Assembly (NCBI GenBank): GCA_038087875.1
Contig: CM075991.1
Coordinates: 2,728,001 to 2,792,000, forward strand
DNA: 64,000 nt
Direction of reading: 5' to 3'
DNA from: Malacoraja senta
Lineage: Eukaryota
Part shown: piece by piece, positions 26,303 to 37,976 of the stretch
How the letters are laid out: each line of letters starts with the position of its first letter
How positions within the stretch are numbered: the first letter of the stretch is position 1
Notes under the pieces: generated by a model
Database searches by the model: none
What the model saw: only the letters and a program-made list of their open reading frames with translations
Told to the model about the DNA's origin: nothing
Program-made: the position numbers and the translations under genes

Positions 26303-26469
26303 GTAAGTATAATCTTACAGCAAAATTAATGGCACTGGAAGAGCGTTTCAGTTCTAAAATTAAGCACTCCTGTGATAATAGTCACAACCCCAAGTTTAGA
26401 GATTGTATCGCTGGGAGGAATTCTGTATCTAAGCAATGTAGTTTAAGCTTTCACTATGGATCTTCTTAA

Positions 26470-26787
26470 AGCCCTGTCCCACGGTACGAGTTCATTCCAA
26501 GAGCTCTCCCGAGTTTAAAAAAAATCAAACTCGTGGTAAGCACGGAGAATGAACGTAGCGGGTACGTCGGAGCTCGGGGACGTCACTTAGCGGCTCGTAA
26601 CGCTACTCGGGAAGACTTGCTAATGGCAGGTAAGCACGGGAAGACTCGTGAAGGTTTTTCAATATGTTGAAAAATGTCCACGAGAGCCCCGAGTACCGAC
26701 GAGTGGCCATTACCGTAAATCTCCGAGTTCGAATCAGGGGAAATTCGGGAGAGCTCTTGGAATGAACTCGTACCATGGGACAGGGCT
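26470..26787. mobile_element. PIF/Harbinger-like MITE
   Basis: Long TIR agccctgtcccacggtacgagttcattccaagagctctcccga and its reverse complement. Confidence 0.85.
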
Positions 26788-27284
26788 ATGATCGTGTCCA
26801 CACACAAGATTAGCCAGAGCTGAACACACTTCTCGGCATCTGCATACAATGGTGTCTGTCTTGTCGCTTCTTGTGCGTGGTGGTGGAAAGATTGGTGGAA
26901 ACAGGGCCGCGACGTGAACGCTCTTTCCTTGATCCCATCACTATGGATAAAGAGCAGGAAGACGAATCTATTTTCTCACATCTAACGATGAGCAAAACAC
27001 CAATTTAGCAATCTTTTCAAGCAATCTGTCGTTGAAGAACAAATACTACAGCAAGTCAAAAATGTCAATGCATTTTGTTGCATATTGCCATACTTTCAGT
27101 TCAGTTTATTGTCACGTGTACCGAGGTACAGTGAAAAGCTTTTTGTTGCGTGCTAACCAGTCAGCAGAAAGGCAATACATGATTACAATCAATCCATTTA
27201 CATGATAAAGGAATAGCGTTTCGTGCAAGGTAAAGCAAGCAAACTCCGGTCAAGGATAGTCGAAGGGACATCAAAGAGGTTGAT

Positions 27285-27487
27285 GGTAGATAAAAATGCT
27301 GGAGAAACTCAGCGGGTGAGGCAGCATCTATGGAGCGAAGGAATAGGTGACGTTTCGGGTCGAGGGTCTGGACCCGAAACGTCACCTATCCCTTCGCTCC
27401 ATAGATGCTGCCTCACCCACTGTGTTACTCCAGCATTTTTATCTACCTTTGATTTTTACAGCATCTGCAGTTCCTTCTTAAACAACA
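27285..27487. mobile_element. Palindromic Penelope-derived short element with 13-bp TSD
   Basis: ~80-bp inverted arms; caaagaggttgat on both flanks. Confidence 0.85.
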
Positions 27488-28972
27488 CAAAGAGGTTGAT
27501 AGTAGTTCAGCACTGCTCTTTGGTTGTGGTAGGATGATTCAGTTGCCTGATAACAGCTGGGAAGAAACTGTCCCTGAATCTGTGGTATGCATTTCGACTC
27601 TGGAGAGTTGCTAACTTTGGTCAGAATTGATTAGTTGATTGAAAGACACAGCATTGAAACAAGCTCTTTGACTCACCACCGATTATCTGCTTACACTAGT
27701 TCTACGTTAGCACACTTTCTCAATCCACTCCCTACACACAAGGGGCAATTTACAAGGGCCAGTTAACCGACTAATCTGCACGTGTTGGGGACGTGGGAGA
27801 GAACCTGGGGTAAACCCATGCAGTCACAGGGAGAACGTGCAAACTCCACACGGACACACCTGAGATCAGGATTGAACGCGGGTCACTGACGCAGTGAGGC
27901 AGCTGCCTGACCGGCTGTAGACTGTTCTAGATTAACAAACATATTTATGCAGACATATTACAGCATGTAAATGAGGAAAGAAATTTGTCCTAGTTTCCAG
28001 CTGGGGATGCACATTATCACCATCTCATAAGATCATGTGATAGGAGCAGAATTAGACCATTCATAGAAACATAGGAACATTGAAAATAGGTGCAGGAGGA
28101 GGCCATTTGGCCCTTCGAGCCAGCACCGCCATTCATTGTGATCATGGCTGATCATCCACAATCAGTAACCCGTGCCTGCTTCTCCCCATATCCCTTGATT
28201 CCTCTAGCCCCTAGAGCTCTATATAACTCTCATTTAAATTCATCCAGTGAATTGGCCTCCACTGCCTTCTGTGGCAGAGAATTCCACAAATTCACAACTC
28301 TCTGGGTGAAAAAGTTTTTTCTCATCTCAGTTAAGGTGCAACCCATCCCTTTTGTACAAATCACCCTTACCCCTAAACAGATCCCAGTGGTCTAAGAATC
28401 TAAATCACTCAAATCCCTTGAATCCCATGATTCAGCCCATCAAGTCTACTCCGCGATTTAATCATGGCTGATCTATCTCTCCCTCCTAACCCCATTCTCC
28501 TGCCTCCCCCATAAACTCTGATGCCCTTACTAATCAAGAATCTATCTCTGCCTTGATCTAATATTACAGTCAGGAAGCTCTATTAGTGCTAGAACATGTT
28601 ACTTGATGAAAAGATCAGAACAGGTTGACAGACCGAGCAAGATAATTATAACTTAAATTTTAAATACACCTGCATTCAATTTCTTAAAGAGACAACTTAA
28701 GCCATTGGAATTATAGCATTTCATTTCCTATATTGGTTTAAGTAATCTGAAAAAAAATTTACCAAGCCAGCTTTTGAAAACATTTGCAATATTAAATGGA
28801 GATTTTATCATATATGATATTCATTTGTATCTTATCACATTGTGTTTTAACTATATCCACCGATTGTCCAACAGCTTATTTCAGAAACATTCTATTTTGG
28901 ACACTTGCACAGAATCAGAGTTTTATTATGTCTTCACTTTGTAACTGTTTGAGAGTCTGTCAGTATTACAGA

Positions 28973-29177
28973 GATAGACACAAAAAGCTGGAGTAACTCA
29001 GCGGGACAGGCAGCATCTCGGGAGAGAATGGGCGACGTTTTGGGTCGCGATCTGAAGAAGGGTCTTGACCTGAAACGTCACCCATTCCTTCTCTCCAGAG
29101 ATGCTGCCTTTCCCACTGAGTTACTCCAGCTTTTTGTGCACCTTCGGTTTAAACCATCATCTGCAGTTCTTTCCGAG
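28973..29177. mobile_element. Palindromic Penelope-derived short element with 11-bp TSD
   Basis: Inverted arms; gtattacagag on both flanks; further copies at ~5665, 8650, 10477, 12976, 14401, 15064, 16773, 29522, 31357, 33492, 43545, 51110, 57425. Confidence 0.85.
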
Positions 29178-29907
29178 GTATTACAGAGCTATTACCAATT
29201 GACACGCGGAAGCCGTAAGCTTGTAACTACCTCCCACAAAAGTCAGGTGTAAGATTTACTCAATGCTAGTTTCCTGCATTGGAAAGGCTTGAATGTTAAT
29301 GTTACAGGAGTACCAACCTTGTAACTGTGCTTCAGTTTCTTCTGGGGTGGAGGGTGGAGATGTGCTCGCCCTCTGGTGGTTATAATACAAACATTTGATG
29401 AACCATCCTGAATGGAAATAGGTTCATACTACAACACTGACCACAATTCAATAAAATAGACATTTCCAAGGATATTCTTTAAAAAAAACCCACAAGAACA
29501 TGCTGTAAAAGTTATAATAGGTTGTGTTGGAATTGCAGATGCTGGTTTAAAGCGAAGATAGACACAAAACTGGAGTAACAGCAGGTCAGACAGCATCTCT
29601 GGAGAAAAGGAAGAGGTGACATGTTGGGTCGAGACCCTTCTTCAGATCGAGTCACGGGATAGGAAGTGTTATCAATTGTTCTCAGGGCTAATTTAATAAG
29701 TTATAACGCATTCATGTGCAATTGATAAATTCCAATTCAGGTTATGTATCCTCTTGCACTTGCTCTATTCAAAATGTTGTCATCATTCAGTGTTGTAATG
29801 CCTTTGCTGGTTTAGCTCTGCTGTTGGTTGGCAAAGGAGTGAACATTCTTTGAAGGAGCGCTCTGTTGTACTGGAGCTGGTCCTAATGATTGTCTTCTTT
29901 TCCACAG

Positions 29908-30047
29908 CTATGAATGATTTCTGTTACCTGCACACTAACTGCTTCCAGCTCTCCATTTACGTTGGCTGTGACAAATTCCCTCACAAGAGTGAGCTGCCAA
30001 AGGAATGGGAGGACAACCTGGAGGCTCTGCTCCACTTTATGGAACAG
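29908..30047 (+). CDS. AEBP1: AEBP1 exon: (T)[46 protein letters not shown]
   Basis: cacag acceptor, gtaatg donor; end of carboxypeptidase domain. Confidence 0.95.
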
Positions 30048-30212
30048 GTAATGGTAAACTGCAGGGTGCCAACTGCCGCACTCAGTGTTCCAAGTCAGCT
30101 GCACCCAGTAAGGTACAATTTCCAGTCCAAAATGTACTGAAAGTCTAATATTAGCTACACTCAGTTCCATGGGTGGATTCCACTTGCACACCAAGACTAG
30201 CTGTTCTTCAGT

Positions 30213-31253
30213 TAGCAATGTTACAAAATTTTGAGATTTAAAAAATAAAGTCTGCAATTTATCCCATCAGATAAAGCATAAAAAGAAGTTTAATTTGACA
30301 CCTAATTCACTTTCATATCTTCAGTATTAAAGAAGTTATGGCCATTTTCATACTCGGAAATTATCATCTTGTTCCATATTGCTTTTCTATTGACTTAACA
30401 CAAAAGCTGTGATCGAGGACAGTTAAAAGCCCATAACTTTCTTAAAAATTAAGATAACTGAAAGAAATTTTCAGTTATCATAGATTGAAGCATTCTGAAA
30501 CAAATATGAAACAATCTTACTTGGAAGACATGAAAGTAAAGCATATAATTAGTTAGTTACCTAATTGTAGCTAATTACAAAATTCAATTACTAGATCTAA
30601 ACATCTATCAATTTCTTAAGAATAGATTAACATTTTTAAATAGCCTAAGTGTCCAAATAACATTCACACAATAATTCACAATGTAACATAATTTTTAAAT
30701 CTAATTTTCATGAATTTACAGGCCAAATGGAAGGAATTGAATGTTTAATACCTGTAAATTAATGGGCATTTAAATCATCTTGTGAGTGAGGATTTCTGGA
30801 ACGCGATCTTTTGGAACGTTCATTTGCGGTGAATTTAACCCCGTATTGGCATGAAAAATACTGCCGTTAGTTTGGGGAATAAAATCACCGTTTCGCATGA
30901 AAAAATGTGAATTAAAGGCTTCTTAAGAAGCACCTTTATACATTTAAAGCAACCACTTTCGTTTACCTGTCCCGTGTGTGAAATCCGTCCCCGTTATCGG
31001 CGTTGACGCTTCAGGAGCTGCTTTTAAAATTACTCCAGCGCTGACATTGACGATTTAATAAAAATAAAAAATTCACAAAACGCCACTAGGAACGATTTTT
31101 CAGCCAACGCTTGTACTCCAACGAAATATAATTCAGGACAAGGGAGGAGAAACCCGCGTTTTAACCCCGCCCCCCCTTAAAGGCGCCAAAATCGCGCACA
31201 CGGCCAGTGGCAGAATTACAGCGCGACTGAAGGTAAGTTTTGTAACATACCTA
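30213..31253. mobile_element. Non-autonomous TIR DNA transposon (~1041 bp), copy 2, 7-bp TSD cttcagt
   Basis: Termini tagcaatgttacaa / ttgtaacataccta; TSD 30206-30212 and 31254-31260. Confidence 0.9.
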
Positions 31254-31726
31254 CTTCAGTACTCCACAAGGTCATTTATTTTAATCATTTGTATGATGGA
31301 GCCATGTTTATCTTTTCAAAAGACCTCCTCACACTCATCACGATTAGGTTCCATCTGTAGGAAGGACCTGCAGATGCTGGTTTAAACCGAAGAGAGACAC
31401 AAAAAACTGGAGTAATTCAGCGGGACAGAATGAAGCAGGGTCTCGACCCCATTCCTTCTCTCCAGAGATGCTGCCCGTCCCACTGAGATGCTCCAGCTTT
31501 TTGTGTCTATCTTAGGTCCATCTGTCTGTACTCAACATCTTATCACACCATCAATATCATCCTATTGCTGGACGAACCTCCCTGAAAATGACAACACATG
31601 GATAAGGGGGGTAAGTTTCTATGTTTCTCCTATCCACACCACCAATGTTAAGCATCATCTGCAAAATAATATGTCCTACATTCCCATCCAACTCATTTAC
31701 ATAACAATCACTTCCACCACTGATTA

Positions 31727-32196
31727 AGGGCCTGTCCCACTTGGCCGTCATTTGCGCGCCATTTACGCGACCTCCAAAAATGTGGTCGTCGCGTTGTGAC
31801 GCACGGGTAGCGTGTGGGTAGCGTGGGACGGGCGCATGGAGAGGCATGGAGGAGTGTGGAGTTGCGCGCGGCGCTCCAGGATTTCGTGCTGCATGAAATC
31901 CTCGCGCGCCACCTGCGTGACGTATCGCGTACGCACGCTGACGCATTGGGTATGCACGCTGACGCATTGGCGTCGCACGTTGGCGTCTCGACATCTCACG
32001 TGTATCGCGTGGTGACGCATGGTTACGTCACCATGCGTAACCATGCGTCGCCGCGCGCCGCAGGGTATTCTAATGACGTCACCCGCACCAGACGGCATGA
32101 TGACGCGTGATTTGCGCGCGATGTCGCGCGTAACGATGCGTCAACCTATATGACGCATAAATGAGGCGCAAATGACGGCCAAATGGGACAGGCCAT
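31727..32196. mobile_element. PIF/Harbinger-like MITE, CpG-rich interior
   Basis: TIR agggcctgtcccacttggccgtcatttgcgc / gcgcaaatgacggccaaatgggacaggccat; TTA/TAA flanks. Confidence 0.85.
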
Positions 32197-33490
32197 TAAG
32201 GTTCCATCTGTAGGAAGGAACTGCAGATGCAGATTCCTCCTTCCTGCAAGGGTTCCACCACTGATTTCTGTGGTACACCACCAGTCGCTGGCCTCTCGTC
32301 CTCAAAGCAAATTTCCACCATCAACCCCCCTACTTTCTCCACCAAGCAAACTTGGATGCAGGGCAAGTTGGACCATCTAGGTTCTAACCTTTTGGACTAA
32401 TTTCCCACTAAAGCCAGGGCCATAGGAGTAGAATTTAGGCCATTCGGCCCATTGACTATGCTCTGCTATTTAATCACAGCTGATTTATTTTTCCCTCTCA
32501 ACCCCATTCTCCTGCCTTCTCCCCATAACCTTTGATGCCCTTACCAATGAAGAACTAATCAAAGCCTCTGCTCTAAATATACACAATGATTCATCTCCAC
32601 TGCCGTCTGTGGGAAAGAACCCTGTCAGATGCCTTACTGAACTTCATGCGGAAGCGTAATCTGCCCTCATCCATTTACTTTGGAACCTCTTCAAAAAATT
32701 CCATCAAATTGGTGAGAGCTGATCCCTCCATAACGAAGGCATGTTGACCATCTTCAGTTAACCCCTCCCTTTTGAGTTTAGATTAAGCCTGTCCAAATTT
32801 TCTCCAAAAGTATTGCCATTGATGGTTAAATCCAAGATAACTTGGTTTATCCCTGCTGCCTTTCTCAAATACAAGTACACTTGCTGTACAGCTGTAATCC
32901 GTCACCTCATCTGTATTTAGTGAAAATGTCAAAATCTCTCGCAGCACCTTGGGATACATCATCGGGCCTTGGAAAGATACCAACCTTTAAACCCAATAAA
33001 ACATCTTATAACTCGTTTTTAACAGCAACATGTAATGGTAGCATCGTACTGGGGATCTACCTCTATGAGTCTATGTCAGCATAGAAACGGGGGCCTCATT
33101 CATGTGGATGGAAATTCACAGCTTGTAAATTAGATGGGGAATGTAGTTCAATTTCCTTTTAATATTTTTGTTTGAAGATTTTACACACCGCAGGTATGCT
33201 GCTGAGGCCTACATGTAGCTTCCCAATGCTTACTAGATGCCTGTAGTCTCCAGTAAATCACGTCCTTTGACCCCACTCCATCTGGATCAGTAAATGCAAG
33301 TGGAGTTGGTGGAAAATACAAAGGATAGGATGAACAATATTGAGGGGCAGAGACAGTTAAATTTTAAAAATAGGATAATAAATTGGGTGTAGCATGACAT
33401 CTAATTTGGAGCAAACAATTTAAAGTTGTAATGCAGACCAATTCATGATTTTAAAAGAAAAGTGATTTCATGATTAAAAGTGAATTCATG

Positions 33491-33530
33491 ATCAGTCTGA
33501 AGAAGGGTCTCGACCCGAAACGTCGCCCAT
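33491..33530 (+). ncRNA. Candidate minimal hammerhead ribozyme core in a Penelope-derived repeat
   Basis: CTGAAGA-A-GGGTC-TC-GACCC-GAAAC-GTC; stem I very short. Confidence 0.55.
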
Positions 33531-34048
33531 TTCCTTCGCTCCATAGATGCTGCCTCACCCGCTGAGTTTCTCCAACATTTTTGTCTATCATGATTAAAAC
33601 TACTAACTATGCCAAGATAAGGGGCGGCATGGTGGCACAGCGATAGAGTTGCTGCTGTACAGCACGTGAGACCCGGGTTCGATCGCGACTACGTCTTTAT
33701 GGAGTTTGTACGTTCCCTCCGTGAATTTTCTCCGAGATCTTCGGTTTCCTCCCACACTACAAAGACGTACAGGTTTATAGGTTAACTGGCTTGGGTTTGT
33801 ATACTTGGTAAAAGTGTAAATTATCCCTTGTGTGTGTAGGGTTGTATTAATGTGCGGGGATTGCTGGTCGGTGCAGAAATCAATTCCTGATTTAGGGGTT
33901 GAGTGGCGTGACTGAGGGAATTGTACATTTATTAATAAGTAGAGTGTCGGTGTCAATTCTAATCTTGATGACACTGCAACAGGAAGCAACTTGTATTTTC
34001 TCTTGTTTTAAGTTCTTGGAAACAGGATCTAAAATACATCAAAAGTAA

Positions 34049-34222
<174 letters not shown>

Positions 34223-35271
34223 TAAAATTAATCCAGTAAAATACAATTAACCAAAATAGTATCCATAACCTACATATGAAGGCCAAAAGAAGTTTAAGGG
34301 GGAGCACCCTTTTATTCTCTCTGATCACCTCCAGCCTTGGTTTACTTTTAGTTGCCCCGTTCTCCTGGTCTCTCCCCCACATGACTCATCAGCCTATCAA
34401 CCTCTCCATCTTTATCTACCTACCATTCAACAACTCAAAGTGCCTGAGTAACTCAACGAGTCAGGCAGCATCTCTGGAGAACATCGATAGGAGATGTTTT
34501 GGGTGGGACCCTCCTTCAATCTTCAGGATCCAATCCGAAACGTCATCTATTCGTGTTCTCCAGAGATGCTGCCTGACCCTCTGAGTAACTCCAACATTCT
34601 GTCCTTTTGTGTGAATAAGCACCCGCAGTTCCTGTTGTTGCATGGATGATCAGCCATGATCACATTGAAAAGCTGGCTCAAAGGGCCGAATGGCCTGCTC
34701 CTGCACCTATTGTCTATTGACATCACTCGCCAGCTTTTGGCCCACCTTTTAGCTCTCACCTTTTTATACCAGCTCTTGCCCTCTACTCCATCAGCCTGAA
34801 GGACGGTCCCGGACTGAAATGTCATCTGACCATTTCACTCCAGATGCTGCCTGACCTGCCAAGTTTCTCCAAGTTTGTTTTATGCTCATAAAATCCAAGG
34901 GATGTTACAGTCCATCTGAGCAATGCTTCTTGAAAATAGGTTTGCATGCAAAAATTAATACCAAGACAAGCAAGGCCTCAGAAAATGGGCAGCACAGTGG
35001 TAGAGTTACTGCCTTACAGCGTCAGAGACCTGGGTTTGATCCTGATTATGGGTGCTGTCTGTACAGAGTTTGCATGTTCTCCTTGTTACTGTGTGGGGTT
35101 TTCTCCAGGTGCTCCGATTCCCTCCCACATTCCAAAAACGTACAGGTTTGTAGGTTAATTAGCTTTGACAAGTTGTAAAACTGTCCATGGACAGTGTTAG
35201 TGTACACGGTGATTGCTGGACGGCGCAGACTCGGTGGGCATGTTTCCGTGCTGTATCTCTAAAGTCTAACC

Positions 35272-35995
35272 TAAGAAATCTAAAACTATCTTCCCAGCTG
35301 TCTCCCCTCTCTGTGATAAATGTCACCTCCAAGAAGCTACCCTAACCCATTCTTTTGTATCCTGTGTAAAAATACAAAATTTCTGGATGGGAATATTCAA
35401 TACCATTTCTAAAACACTCAAAATTCAATTGGAGTCAGATTCAAAATTAATAATACTAGGAATGTCAGAGGGCTGCCCTAAGTTAACGATATTCCAAAAA
35501 CGTTTCCTTGACTACGGTTTAATAACTGCGAAAAAACGTATACTTAAATTCTGGAAAAAGATAACAGTCCCCACAGTGAAGATGTGGATCACAGAAATGA
35601 CCGAGACACTACATCTAGAAAAAATAAGGCTTGTTTTGTCTGACAAATCAGATCAATTTCCCAAAATATGGTCTCCTTTCATTGAATTTCTTGAACACAA
35701 ATTCAAAACCGACGCTAGGGTTGGGTGAGCGGGTGTAGGGAAGGATAGTGGGATATATCTCTGGTTTTTTTCACTTCTTCGTTAGTTCAGGGATTTTTCT
35801 TCTTTCTTTTTGATATCTTTCTTCTTCCTTTTCCTTCTTTCCATTTTTCTTTTTTCCGATTCATTTATTAGTTTATAAAATGTTAAAACTGAAGCTGTAC
35901 GAAAATTGTATAATTGTTATGTCGATTACTTTCTCAATAGACAATTCTCCTTGAACAATTGCTTCAAATAAAATAAATAATAATTTAAAAAAAAT
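35272..35995 (+). mobile_element. L1-clade LINE 3' fragment (ORF2 C-terminus, 3' UTR, A-tail)
   Basis: CDKC..TLTHSFVSC zinc knuckle; AKKRILKFWK..PTVKMW..LHLEKI..FPKIWSPF; aaataaaataaa and poly-A. Confidence 0.85.
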
Positions 35996-36156
35996 CTAAA
36001 ACTGTTGCAATTTCAGTGCATTGGACCATCATGCAGCCAAAGAATGGAGTACAATTAATTTGGTGCTCCATAGTAATCAAACTCTAAGAAAGAGTAATGA
36101 TAGAAAAGGAGGGAGGGAACCAAGAACATTCTTAACATTCCAGCTCGGCCAATTAA

Positions 36157-37207
36157 AGGGACAGTCCCACTTTGCGATTTTTTTCGGCGACTGCGAGCGT
36201 CAGTGACCGGACGCCCAGTCGCCCTAAAAACCGTCAAGTTGTATGACATATGCTGCCCTCGGTTGACGCCTGGTTAGGGTTAGCTTGTGATTTTAATGTG
36301 ACCTACATCGGTGTGCATACCATTCCCTGTGCAATGCTCCTTTTGCATGGGGCTGATGTATCTATATGCTTCCTTTTAGAGCATTATGGTGGAACGTGGG
36401 CCATATTGTACTGAAGATGAGCATTGTAAAGTGTTCCTGGGACTACATAACCTTAATCCGGCCAATATACCTGTATGTGTGAAAAATTCATAAACCCTCA
36501 GTCCAATTACCATGCACAAACCCCTGCACTGAATTCCCACCTCCTTGAGTTATGTATCCCATACCTGCCCACCCAGTTTAACCCCTGTTGGTTGCAGACA
36601 AATACACCTCTCTACCCCATCGCTATTCCAACTACAAGCCTTCCCAGGCATCATATTTTACCATACTTATCTCACAGCCTTTTGTCTTTACATGTTTTTT
36701 GCTCAACCATCTATCAATCACCTGTATGCTCCTATCACATACCTGGTTTTGTCCTGTCCCCATCTCTTGTCCAGCTTTCTCCTCCCCACCTACCACAATC
36801 ATCCTGAAATGTCACCTATCCATGTTTTCCAATAATGCTGCCTAACCTGCTGAGTTACTCCAGCACTGTCTTTCTTTGTGAAGCAGCATCTGTGGTTCCT
36901 TGTGTCAACCTTCATTCATAATTGGTCCTCATAGGCTACAAATTCAGTTGCATTGCACCTTTATGATTGTCGATTTGTTTCAGGTTGGTCAGGGTTAGCC
37001 CTAACCGGGCGTCACCTGCAGGACAGCATACGTCAGCGTGTGACAGGGTGAACGACATGATCAGACACCCAGATGTCACCTGAAGATTTTGAACATTCCA
37101 TAATCGCGGGGGCGGTAGGGAGAGATCGCGCGTCACAACATGTGTCACGCCCCGACCACCTTTTTTCAGGCTGTTGCCGAAAATGTCGCCCAAGTGGGAC
37201 AGGCCCT
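36157..37207. mobile_element. PIF/Harbinger-like MITE (~1 kb, with internal insertions)
   Basis: TIR agggacagtcccactttgcgatt / aatgtcgcccaagtgggacaggccct; TAA on both flanks. Confidence 0.75.
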
Positions 37208-37674
37208 TAAAATTGACTCGTTCAATAAAGTGTAGGCGAAAACTGAAACCAAACACCCACCCCAAAAACATGGATGGTTGGGCAATTGCATCAACTTTGA
37301 TAGGTTAGAAAAATATCAAAACATACGAACAATGAGAAAGGGCAGTTGATCAGCCATCATTTTATTGTTTCTCCAGATAGGTGTAGCGGGTGTCAAGTAT
37401 TAATTGGTATCCAAAGAGTGAAGGTGAAAGACGGATCCACGAGGGTCACATCTTGTATAGCAGTATTCAAATCCTGAGCTGAAAAGTTATATAATTTAAT
37501 CTCTTGGCTTCATTTTTAGAGGGAACAAACTCCAGTTGGTCAGGAGAAAACTGGATTTTCTTAGATAGAAACTAAATGATTGTTCATCTTTTTAGGATGC
37601 TATGTTTTGTTATCGTGACTATTTGACAAGTGTTTCGATCCACTGAGATAGTTTCCCTTGTGCTCTTTTTCCAG

Positions 37675-37976
37675 CGGCTGATGGTGACTATTGGCGAATA
37701 CTGAACCCTGGCGATTATCAAGTGACTGTGAAAGCAGTGGGTTACGCAACCGGCAACAGGGTGTGCCACGTGGGATACGAGAACGAAGCAAGGCAGTGCG
37801 ACTTTCATTTGCGCAAATCCAACTGGCAGAGAATACAGGAGATCATGGAACAATATGGACGCACGCCCATTAACGTGATCATGAAGCGAGGAAGGAGAGT
37901 AAAGAAGATCCGCAGAGTTCGGGTGCGTGCAGGACACCGGATGCGTCACCAAAACCAGACCCGGACTTTAGAGTAG
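37675..37976 (+). CDS. AEBP1: AEBP1 last coding exon: (A)ADGDYWRILNPGDYQVTVKAVGY...SNWQRIQEIMEQYGRTPINVIMKRGRRVKKIRRVRVRAGHRMRHQNQTRTLE*
   Basis: tccag acceptor; GDYWRILNPG motif; TAG stop at 37974-37976. Confidence 0.93.
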
